From: Patescibacteria group bacterium
GTDB taxonomy: Bacteria > Patescibacteriota > Patescibacteriia > UBA1558 > GWA2-36-10
Direction of reading: 5' to 3'
Assembly: GCA_028718865.1 (NCBI GenBank)
Contig: JAQUKX010000004.1
Span: 35,753 to 99,752, forward strand
DNA length: 64,000 bases
This document shows positions 30,011 through 37,810 of this stretch, piece after piece. The translations under genes were made by a program, and so were the position numbers. The notes beneath the pieces were generated by a model that did no database searches, was not told where the DNA came from, and saw nothing but the letters and a program-made list of their open reading frames with translations. Position 1 is the first letter of the stretch. Each line of letters starts with the position of its first letter.

Positions 30011-31341
30011 AAATTATCAATTATTTCTTTTATCTCTGACATTATTTTGGATTCAAATTCATTTTTACTAATTAGGCTGGCTGCTCGCAGAGCATTGAGA
30101 GATTTACTGTTATCATTTTGATAACTACGAGGATAATGAGATTCTAACGCTCCTTTGGAAAAAATAAAGATATTATTATTTTTTAATTGGACGACGAGCT
30201 CACTGGAATTAAGCGGCGGCAAGTGAATGCCTAAGTGTTCAGTCAAAGAATCAATGTAGTTATTTTTTAAAGCATCGTTATCTAGCATAATAGCAAAATC
30301 AATGGCAAAAGATCGCAGTAAATCCAAATAAATATTGGTATTGCCTTTGCCGTGAGTTTGGATGACTTTTATTTCCTTTTGACCATGATAAAATCTATCA
30401 ATCAGCCCCCGCATCAGCAGACGATCAGACACCCCTTCCACCAAAAGCACCTTGTCGGCAAAAAACATTTCCAAATTATCAGCGTTTAATTCCTGCAAAA
30501 GACGCTGGTAATTGTTATAAACTTTTTTATCCAGCGTAAAGGCCAAGGTGCTTTTACCTTCTTTGACCACCCGCACCAACTGGGGCAAAGTAGCCGGCGT
30601 AATAAACAAAGGCGAATGCGTGCTGAAAAGTATCTGGCCAGCCCAAGAATTTTGCATGGCCCAAAGCAATTTTTTGATCATGGCCGGATGAAGATGGGTC
30701 TCGGGCTCATCTACCATTACTACGCTATAATTGGGATGAAAAACATAAAGCAGCATAGTAAAAATCCGAAAAAATCCTGAACCCAAGCGATCAATAGTCA
30801 CTCGCCTCTGCCCCTCATACAAGCCATCATGGCCATAGTTGATATCCAGAGCGTTTTCCCTGGCAGAAATCTTGGCAAAATGCCTTTTCAAACTGTCTTT
30901 GAACTTTTCCAAATTGGCCGGATAGCGCTGCAAGCTGTGCCAGTCCATCTCTATTTGCTTGATATCAAAAAAAGCCGCTTCATCCAATCTCTTGACGCTT
31001 GACGATAAAATTATTTTCAAAGACTGATTATAAGCCAATTCTTTTTCCTTAAAAACAATTTTCCTTTCCTGATTTTGCAGAATAAAAACTCCTTCTTTGT
31101 CCGGCAGTTGATGGCGCTTTACTTCTTGCTCGTCAAATTCCAAATAAATTTCCAAATCGGCGTTGGCATAGTATATCTGCTCGTTATCCAGCGCCCCGGA
31201 CAAAGCAAACTCAATGGCATCTAAGACATTGCTCTTGCCGCTGTTGTTCTGGCCGATAAAAACAGCAATCAAAGACAAGTCTATCAGCATAGGCTGCTTG
31301 ATGCTTTTATAGGTATTGATTTTTATTTTTTTTATCAGCAT
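30007..31341 (-). CDS. OLD-family ATP-dependent nuclease (ABC ATPase + TOPRIM)
   Basis: GQNNSGKS, LGSG, DEPETHLHP, STHSP, FFADKVLLVEGVSD, DND; start at MLIKK. Confidence 0.88.
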   Translation of the reverse strand: MLIKKIKINTYKSIKQPMLIDLSLIAVFIGQNNSGKSNVLDAIEFALSGALDNEQIYYANADLEIYLEFDEQEVKRHQLPDKEGVFILQNQERKIVFKEKELAYNQSLKIILSSSVKRLDEAAFFDIKQIEMDWHSLQRYPANLEKFKDSLKRHFAKISARENALDINYGHDGLYEGQRRVTIDRLGSGFFRIFTMLLYVFHPNYSVVMVDEPETHLHPAMIKKLLWAMQNSWAGQILFSTHSPLFITPATLPQLVRVVKEGKSTLAFTLDKKVYNNYQRLLQELNADNLEMFFADKVLLVEGVSDRLLMRGLIDRFYHGQKEIKVIQTHGKGNTNIYLDLLRSFAIDFAIMLDNDALKNNYIDSLTEHLGIHLPPLNSSELVVQLKNNNIFIFSKGALESHYPRSYQNDNSKSLNALRAASLISKNEFESKIMSEIKEIIDNL

Positions 31342-31343
31342 TT

Positions 31344-32699
31344 CTAGAGCAAATGCACATCCTCTACTTCGCTTACCTTGCTGTGGAGCACTAAATTTTC
31401 TATATGGTAAGCGCCCATTTTGGGAGCATCCAAAAATCCTTCTACCGCTGCTTCCGCCAGCCAGCCTGAATCCAGCCAATCAAAAAGCCACTCGTCGACA
31501 TAAGCCGGATCAAGACTATCAACGCCCGAACCAATAGCCAAAAGCCAGCCGCGGTTGTAAATCTCCTGCGAGCCGACCGGCTCGGACATAATAATAGGCA
31601 GTCCCAGGCCAGTATAAAAAGTCAGCTCTGATGGCTTGGTCCATAAAATATCCGTTTTTCTTAAAATTTTGTTAAAAACGGAAAAGTAAGTCATTTTTTC
31701 CTCGGTGTAGATTATCTTTACATTATCGGAATTAAATAAGCCCAGCCTTTTCACTTCGTCCTCAAAATAAGTATAAACATCATTGCGAGTGCCGGCTACT
31801 AGATTGAGTTGGATATCCTTGGCCTTGATATGTTTTTTTAGCTTTTTCAAAATAGTTATACCGATATCGCGCTGCGCGCCAGCGCCGCCGACAGCAAAAG
31901 TGATAGTCAAAGGCCGTTTGGGTTTTTTTATTTTTTTGATTGGACAAAGATAGTCTTCTATCAGCTTGGCGTATTTTTTGCGATAAACACCGCGGGGGTC
32001 TAGATTATATACTCTGTCCGCCAAATCCGCCCGCAAAACCGATTGATCCAAGCCGCCGATATTTTCCGGCGGCAAAGGAAAGCCGGTGATAAAAATATTT
32101 TTCTCCCTGACGCCGTAGAGTTTTAAACGCTCTTTGACTCTTTTGTTGGGTGCCAGATAAATTATCCGGCTCTTGGACGGATTTGGCGGCGCCCAAGCAC
32201 GGGCAATATCGGCATCGCAAACCACTAAATATATCGGTCCTTTGTAATTATAATATTCAGCAAAGTAAGCCGGAACAAAAAAAGTGGTCAAAAAAGGCAA
32301 GGGTTTTTTATTTAGCTCTCTTATTAATTCTCGACCCAGGCCTTTTTTTACTTGATTAAAAAAATAATTCTGCTGGCTGGAATTAGCGGAAAGGTCGCGG
32401 CGCGGGTAAAAAGGCTCAATTTTCTGAAAACTGTCCATAATAGAAAAAGCCGCTGTGCCTAAAAGCGGAACATTTTTGAAACGAGAAATTATTTCATACC
32501 ACTTACGGCCACTTTGCCAAACTCTCTTTTCTCGAGAGTTGATGCCGGGGTAATTATTGGCATTGATAATACCGTGATAAGCTAAGGAGGCAAAAGGATA
32601 AGCCGCTCGCTGATGTCCGTAGCCCATGTCCACCGCCACAACATACATTTTTTCCGCCGGCAGCTTAGATACTCGGGCTTGAAGGGTTTTATTTTTCAT
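31344..32699 (-). CDS. Conserved hypothetical GT-B-like protein (MGDG-synthase-like motifs)
   Basis: DMGYGHQRAA, TGFPL, TKPSEL, PVGSQE..N. Confidence 0.6.
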   Translation of the reverse strand: MKNKTLQARVSKLPAEKMYVVAVDMGYGHQRAAYPFASLAYHGIINANNYPGINSREKRVWQSGRKWYEIISRFKNVPLLGTAAFSIMDSFQKIEPFYPRRDLSANSSQQNYFFNQVKKGLGRELIRELNKKPLPFLTTFFVPAYFAEYYNYKGPIYLVVCDADIARAWAPPNPSKSRIIYLAPNKRVKERLKLYGVREKNIFITGFPLPPENIGGLDQSVLRADLADRVYNLDPRGVYRKKYAKLIEDYLCPIKKIKKPKRPLTITFAVGGAGAQRDIGITILKKLKKHIKAKDIQLNLVAGTRNDVYTYFEDEVKRLGLFNSDNVKIIYTEEKMTYFSVFNKILRKTDILWTKPSELTFYTGLGLPIIMSEPVGSQEIYNRGWLLAIGSGVDSLDPAYVDEWLFDWLDSGWLAEAAVEGFLDAPKMGAYHIENLVLHSKVSEVEDVHLL

Positions 32700-32734
32700 T
32701 TATTTTTTATTTTTATTTTCCCCGAGAAGCTTTT

Positions 32735-32812
32735 TTAATAGCGCAAACTCGGCACTTCTCGACCGGCTTTTTTGCGATGTTTTTTCTTGGCGATTCTTTT
32801 CTTTTTATTCAT
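32735..32812 (-). CDS. 25-aa basic peptide MNKKKRIAKKKHRKKAGREVPSLRY
   Basis: Manual translation; ATG..TAA directly upstream of 32699 gene. Confidence 0.4.
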   Translation of the reverse strand: MNKKKRIAKKKHRKKAGREVPSLRY

Positions 32813-32890
32813 AAAATAAAAATATAATCAAAAAGAATAAAAGCGTTATTTACGCTTTTATTATAACATAAAATAGCCTTGAAGCCAAAA

Positions 32891-33064
32891 TTATTTCTTC
32901 AGCAGACGATAAAAAATAAAAATAAAAATCAAGCTATAAAAATAATATTCCAAATTGATCAGACGATGGACTGCTCCTGGCTTCAATATTTCAAAAATCA
33001 CCAAAAGCAGCCAAGCTGTCAGTGCTGTTCTAAAAAAATCTCTAATAATCAAACTAAAAATCAT
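32891..33064 (-). CDS. 57-aa two-TM hypothetical protein (not in ORF track)
   Basis: MIFSLIIRDFFRTALTAWLLLVIFEILKPGAVHRLINLEYYFYSLIFIFIFYRLLKK; ATGA overlap with upstream stop. Confidence 0.7.
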   Translation of the reverse strand: MIFSLIIRDFFRTALTAWLLLVIFEILKPGAVHRLINLEYYFYSLIFIFIFYRLLKK

Positions 33065-33561
33065 CTGCTAAAAGTTATCTGCCAATTATTTTTCAACACA
33101 GGGCTAAGGTCATCAGATCCCAGCGCCGGTAGGGATAAAATAACCTGTAAAGAATTTCTTTTGAGCTGGGCATTGGTCAAATCAAAACTAATCTCAAAAT
33201 CACTAGACTCAATTTCTCTAAAATCCCAAGAACCGTCTTTTTGCCGCAATCCCAATCTAACTTCCGTCATCTCCATCTCAAAGCTGCCATTGACTATCAT
33301 TGTTTTGAACTTGGTCGGCAAATAAACATCCAGATAAAGAGGCTCGCCCAAAACCAAAATCTGGCCATTGATAAATTCCACTCTAGACTGCGGATACCAG
33401 CCAAAAATATCACGGCTCAAATCATGGCGGAAATCAAGCTGATAAGTCAAATTGCGCCCCAAAACCAAAGATTGGGATAAAATCCAAATTAGCAAAACCG
33501 TAAAAACCGCTAGCCATAAATAACGGAAAAAATAAACAATTTTCTTTTGGCTTATTTCCAT
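33061..33561 (-). CDS. Hypothetical membrane-anchored protein
   Basis: N-terminal TM; own promoter TAGAAT 6 nt before ATG. Confidence 0.7.
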   Translation of the reverse strand: MEISQKKIVYFFRYLWLAVFTVLLIWILSQSLVLGRNLTYQLDFRHDLSRDIFGWYPQSRVEFINGQILVLGEPLYLDVYLPTKFKTMIVNGSFEMEMTEVRLGLRQKDGSWDFREIESSDFEISFDLTNAQLKRNSLQVILSLPALGSDDLSPVLKNNWQITFSR

Positions 33562-33654
33562 GCTTATATTCTACCCTCAAAGACCTGACTCCGTCAAAAA
33601 AATCAAAATCCTTTCCCTTGTATAGTTGAAAAATTATGTTAAAATAAAGCCGTT

Positions 33655-35760
33655 ATGATTAGCTTCAGCCGAGAGCAAAATATTTTGGGCCAATTCGCTC
33701 TAGCCGGCCTGATACTGGGCAATATTTTTATTTTTCAGCTAAAAGCACTGGCCATTATCTTGGCCTTACTTTTTATCTGGCTAAACAGCCGCAAACTGGC
33801 TGATATCTTTGCCGCTGATATCCATCAGGGTTTCAAAAACTTGGTCGGATTTTTGATAATTATAGCTTATATTAGCCTGACCTACACGCTAGCTTATCAC
33901 GTCTATCAGATTGACTTCTGGGTATTTCTTTTTACTTTTTTATCAATACCGATTATTGTCGAGGTTTTTTCTTATTTTAAAAACAGTCGGCACTATTTTC
34001 TAGCCAATTTGAAACTTTCTCCTCCCAGCTTACAGCATCTCCGCCGCAATCTTTTGCCTATTTTGGTCATAGTTTTTGATATTATTCTGCTTGTCGGCTT
34101 ACAAAAAAGCACCAGCATCGGCATTATCCGCTCTCCTTGGGAGCTTTTGGGTCAAAAATTCTGGACTGTTTTCACTTTGAGTAATTTTTTCCTACTCTTA
34201 TCAATCATTGATCAGTCTTCACGCAAAAACATCCTGCTTATTTCTTTTCATTTTTTTGTTTTGGCCAGCATCGGCATTATCCTCTACCCGCTGGGTTTTG
34301 GCTATGATTCTTTTATCCACGCCGCTGTCATTAAAGTAATAGATCAAACTGGCACAATTGAACCGCGTCTTTTTCTCTATATAGGCCAATACGGCCTGAC
34401 CTTTTTCTTTGGTCAGATATTCCAGATTGACCCCTTAGTGGTAAACAAATGGCTGCTGCCTATTATCTTTGCCATTATTTGGCCGGCCAGTGTTTTTTAT
34501 GGCTTACGCTACGGCTTCAAGTGGCCTTTTTCCATCAGTTATCTAGCCAGCTGCTGGAGTCTGGTGATAGGCTTTAACTTTGCCGTCATGACTACCCCTC
34601 AGAATTTAGCTTATGTCTTCGTAGCCATGATGGTTTTTTTGCTGCCTATAATCATCAAAAAAAGCCTGCCCCTTTTCTTCCCTTGGCTGATAAGCGCTAT
34701 GACTATGGCCGTTCATCCTTTGGGCGGTGTGCCTTTATTTTTTCTCAGCGCTTATATCAGCATCTTGCGAATAAAAAAATTCCCCAAGTTGAGAAAAATG
34801 CTTCTGGGCTTAAATTTTTTTGGCGCCCTACTAGGACTACCGCTTTTGTTTGCTATATACCAAAGGCTCAACCACATCAGCTGGCCGGAAATAATCACTC
34901 CTCAAATCGGATCTTTTTTCCGCCTGCCTGATTTCTATTGGCATAACACTTTTAGTTTTCCCTTGGACATGTTCCACAATCTGGCCAATAATTTTTTCTG
35001 GCTGTACTCTATCTTATTCCTGCTTGGCCTGTATTTTATTTACCAAAACAGCAAATATATATTTTTTCAAAGACTGTTTTATCTGCTTTTGGTGATTTTT
35101 GTCAATTATGTCTTGGCAGCTTTGTTTTTGTCATTCAATCTGCAAATCAACTACCAAAAAGACGCTTATCTGGAGCGACTGCTCTATCTGCTGCTAATTG
35201 CTACTCTGCCGGTATTTCTCACTACTTTTTATTTCCTCTGGCAGCATACCCTCAAAACTAAAAAAGCGTTTTTTGGAAAAACCCTGCTTTTGCTCTTGAG
35301 CCTGCTGCTGGTATCAGTGAGCACTTACTTCAGCTACCCAATATACGACCGCTTGGGCAACAGCAAAAGCTTCAATGTCAGCGCTAGCGATCTTAAAACC
35401 GTAATTTTGATAGACCAGCACTCTCAAGGAGAGCCTTATATAGTATTGGCCAATCAAATGGTGGGAGCAGCTGCTATTGATTCCTTTGGCTTTGCCCATT
35501 ATTACAATGACAATTTCTACTACTCCATGCCTCTGGGCAGTGACAATATCTACCAAAATTATCTGGCCATGATAGAGCAAGAAGCCAGCCGCCAAGAAGC
35601 TATAAGTGCCATGGACAAAACTCAAGTTGACCGGCTTTATTTTGTCGTCAATAATTACTGGCATAGCGCTAAACAAGCCATTGCCCAAGCCAGTGTCAGT
35701 GCTGACCAAAAAATACTAGTGGATCAAGGTGTCAATACCATCTTTGTTTACCAAAGATAA
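33655..35760 (+). CDS. Large polytopic membrane protein (GT-C-like architecture)
   Basis: Many TM segments, GFGYDSFIH loop, soluble C-terminal domain. Confidence 0.7.
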   Translation: MISFSREQNILGQFALAGLILGNIFIFQLKALAIILALLFIWLNSRKLADIFAADIHQGFKNLVGFLIIIAYISLTYTLAYHVYQIDFWVFLFTFLSIPIIVEVFSYFKNSRHYFLANLKLSPPSLQHLRRNLLPILVIVFDIILLVGLQKSTSIGIIRSPWELLGQKFWTVFTLSNFFLLLSIIDQSSRKNILLISFHFFVLASIGIILYPLGFGYDSFIHAAVIKVIDQTGTIEPRLFLYIGQYGLTFFFGQIFQIDPLVVNKWLLPIIFAIIWPASVFYGLRYGFKWPFSISYLASCWSLVIGFNFAVMTTPQNLAYVFVAMMVFLLPIIIKKSLPLFFPWLISAMTMAVHPLGGVPLFFLSAYISILRIKKFPKLRKMLLGLNFFGALLGLPLLFAIYQRLNHISWPEIITPQIGSFFRLPDFYWHNTFSFPLDMFHNLANNFFWLYSILFLLGLYFIYQNSKYIFFQRLFYLLLVIFVNYVLAALFLSFNLQINYQKDAYLERLLYLLLIATLPVFLTTFYFLWQHTLKTKKAFFGKTLLLLLSLLLVSVSTYFSYPIYDRLGNSKSFNVSASDLKTVILIDQHSQGEPYIVLANQMVGAAAIDSFGFAHYYNDNFYYSMPLGSDNIYQNYLAMIEQEASRQEAISAMDKTQVDRLYFVVNNYWHSAKQAIAQASVSADQKILVDQGVNTIFVYQR

Positions 35761-35835
35761 AAATAATAAAACAAAAATAAAAAAGAGCTATCCACTATGG
35801 AAAGCCCTTTTTTATTATAATCTCTTCAAAATCAA

Positions 35836-36117
35836 CTATAGTACTGCGTCTTTGCAGGCTTTGGCTACTCGGAATTTGACCACGGTTTTGGCCGGAATAT
35901 TGATGGTCTCACCGGTGGCTGGGTTGCGTCCCTGTCTGGCAGCTCTAGCTTTTTTTACTAGTTTGCCCAATCCAGGAACAGTAAATTCTCCGTTCTTTTT
36001 GACTTCGCTGTAAGCGACGTCAGTCAAAGTGTCCAGCAGAGTAGACACTTCTTTTTTGCTCATGTTGGTCTTTTCGGCCAAGACATTGAGCAACTGTGCT
36101 TTGCTTAGTTTTGCCAT
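35836..36117 (-). CDS. hup: HU family DNA-binding protein
   Basis: PGLGK, ARQGRNPATGETINIPAK. Confidence 0.96.
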   Translation of the reverse strand: MAKLSKAQLLNVLAEKTNMSKKEVSTLLDTLTDVAYSEVKKNGEFTVPGLGKLVKKARAARQGRNPATGETINIPAKTVVKFRVAKACKDAVL

Positions 36118-36248
36118 AAGCTTAAGTTTAATTATTTTAATGATTAATTTTCATCAATAAATATAGCACATTTATAAAAGTTTGTGAATATTTGTCAATA
36201 AAAATAGGCTAAAACACATACACATCCCCAAAAAAATGTCAAATTGCT

Positions 36249-36286
36249 AAAAAATTACCCAGCCCCTCGGCTAAGAGGCTGGGTAA
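36249..36286 (-). terminator. Terminator ending Ile-leader cassette
   Basis: TTACCCAGCCTCT-TAGCCG-AGGGGCTGGGTAA followed by T6 on minus strand. Confidence 0.85.
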
Positions 36287-36308
36287 GCTGTCTGCCGCAA
36301 AAAAACGG

Positions 36309-36611
36309 CTAGATCAGGTAGGCGATGTTGTAGCTACAACGAACCGTGTGTCCGTTGACAGCCCCACACTCGTGGCAGGGCTCGGCCGGTTGCTGAGAAC
36401 GGTCATTGGACTGATTACTCTGTTTTTCCTGGCTCATGCTAGCATCTCCTTGGGTTTGTTCCTGAGGGTTGACTGACGCTAAAATAGCGCCTCTTTCTTT
36501 CTTGATTTTCTGCCAACAACTGACAGGGTTGCAAAAAGCTTGTCCGCAATAAAGACAACGCCACTCTCCTTTGGGCAGGCTGCTTTGACAGCCGCTTTTT
36601 TCATCAGACAT
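36309..36611 (-). CDS. Small Cys-rich orphan (CLYC, CHEC..H...C); second SD+ATG at 36437
   Basis: SD AGGAGG before MSDEKSG; internal AAGGAG before MSQEKQ. Confidence 0.6.
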   Translation of the reverse strand: MSDEKSGCQSSLPKGEWRCLYCGQAFCNPVSCWQKIKKERGAILASVNPQEQTQGDASMSQEKQSNQSNDRSQQPAEPCHECGAVNGHTVRCSYNIAYLI

Positions 36612-36627
36612 AAGCTTCCTCCTGAAG

Positions 36628-36876
36628 CTAAATGGCCGTATTGATGCCTCGTGGATCAAAGCCGCCGCCACACATGCAGTAGATGCTATCATCAGGACAG
36701 CGACAATTCTCCCTAAGAATAAAGGCAATGGAATGCTCGTAGCCACGACGGTGGCTTGAATTTGCTCTACAGCGCTCCAACAAAGCGTAGAGACTATCCA
36801 AAATGGCGATTTTGAAAGGTCCGAGGACCGGCCCTTTCTTGGGCTGATGCCTCAAATCAACTGACAACTGACTCAT
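36628..36876 (-). CDS. Small orphan with Cys cluster (CRC, CMC)
   Basis: Strong SD GGGAGGTAAGGAG before ATG. Confidence 0.6.
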   Translation of the reverse strand: MSQLSVDLRHQPKKGPVLGPFKIAILDSLYALLERCRANSSHRRGYEHSIAFILRENCRCPDDSIYCMCGGGFDPRGINTAI

Positions 36877-36960
36877 TGCTCCTTACCTCCCTGTTGGTTG
36901 AAAAGATGAAAGTGAACCTGGAACTTAGCTAAAATTGAAATGTACTAGCCAAAAAACAAC

Positions 36961-37090
36961 AAAAAAATCGCCTAAGTATTGGCGATTCGCGTTTTGGTGT
37001 TTAGAGGCTTGATTATTATTACCAGCAAAAAGCGACCGCCTAAGGCGAGAGCAAAATAATGCTAATAATGACAATCAAATTTCTAAACAT
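36961..37090 (-). promoter_or_regulatory. Ile/Val/Leu leader-peptide attenuator (leader 37040-37090 MFRNLIVIISIILLSP)
   Basis: Leader with 5 Ile, 1 Val, 3 Leu; alternative pairings; AATCGCC/GGCGATT terminator followed by U-tract. Confidence 0.75.
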
Positions 37091-37105
37091 ATATTTATCT
37101 TAAAT

Positions 37106-37133
37106 ATAATAACATAAAATATAAAAATGTCAA
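37106..37133 (-). promoter_or_regulatory. sigma70 promoter of Ile-leader cassette
   Basis: TTGACA-16 nt-TATTAT with extended TG. Confidence 0.7.
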
Positions 37134-37147
37134 ATTAAAAAATGATT

Positions 37148-37180
37148 GAGCGGGCGGAAAGCAGTGCTTTCCGCCCGCTC
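37148..37180 (-). terminator. Perfect 15-bp hairpin ending Phe-leader cassette
   Basis: GAGCGGGCGGAAAGC-AGT-GCTTTCCGCCCGCTC. Confidence 0.8.
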
Positions 37181-37184
37181 TTGC

Positions 37185-37325
37185 CTAAAAATGACGCTCC
37201 AATCCCTGGAAAAACTGCCGGATGATTTCCTCCTTTCTGGCTTTGGCTTTATTGTCCTCAGAACCGGCCGGCGAAGCCGAAGCAGGCAGATTTTCTCGGC
37301 CGGGAAGCTGATCTCTCGGATTCAC
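37185..37325 (-). CDS. 46-aa orphan MNPRDQLPGRENLPASASPAGSEDNKAKARKEEIIRQFFQGLERHF
   Basis: SD GAGGAGGAG before GTG; stop just before hairpin. Confidence 0.55.
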   Translation of the reverse strand: MNPRDQLPGRENLPASASPAGSEDNKAKARKEEIIRQFFQGLERHF

Positions 37326-37342
37326 GACTACTCCTCCTCTGC

Positions 37343-37558
37343 TTAAGGAAAAATCCTAGCCAAGCAAGACCGGAGGTCTTGCAGAACAAAGCGCCGGCAC
37401 TCATCGCCGTCGCAGCAGTCAAAAACCATACAGCCACGGCTGTACTCATAGCGAGCTGGCGCTCCGCAATTACTGCAGATTCTGACCTGACCGCTGGCAT
37501 CCAGCTGCGACTTGGGGTTCAACTGGTATTCCCTAGGTTCTTCCCTGTACTTGCTCAT
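37343..37558 (-). CDS. 71-aa Cys-rich orphan (CSNC...C..CC....C; zinc-finger-like)
   Basis: SD AGGAGGAG before MSKYREE. Confidence 0.6.
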   Translation of the reverse strand: MSKYREEPREYQLNPKSQLDASGQVRICSNCGAPARYEYSRGCMVFDCCDGDECRRFVLQDLRSCLARIFP

Positions 37559-37640
37559 TGTCAGCTCCTCCTGACTGCTTGTGGTTTGTTTGACCCTGAA
37601 TTGAAGAAGACTTCTAGACTTGGATGTGAAAAGAACAATC

Positions 37641-37770
37641 AAAAAAGGCCGCTTTTAGGCGCCCTTAGTTTCACTATACTCAAATTATCGGATATATGAA
37701 AAAACTAAGTCGCCAAACGACCAATGAAAAAGTAAAAGCTAAAGAATGACGAATTTGATCTTATATCCAT
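37641..37770 (-). promoter_or_regulatory. Phe leader-peptide attenuator (leader 37705-37770 MDIRSNSSFFSFYFFIGRLAT)
   Basis: FFSFYFF codon cluster; CTTAGTTT/AAACTAAG pairing abuts imperfect GC hairpin followed by T6. Confidence 0.65.
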
Positions 37771-37776
37771 AAATAA

Positions 37777-37804
37777 ATCATAACAAAAATAAAAGATAAG
37801 TCAA
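37777..37804 (-). promoter_or_regulatory. sigma70 promoter of Phe-leader cassette
   Basis: TTGACT-16 nt-TATGAT with extended TG; ATG 6 nt downstream. Confidence 0.7.
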
Positions 37805-37810
37805 GCAAAA

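Noticed and set aside
31342-31479. N-terminal extensions in the ORF track (OLD nuclease, rplM, rpoA, rpsD)
   Set aside because: They overlap upstream genes; internal ATGs match the expected family starts.
36200-37800. Possible CRISPR array, prophage or integron in the accessory region
   Set aside because: No regularly spaced direct repeats, cas, integrase, phage genes or clear attC sites.
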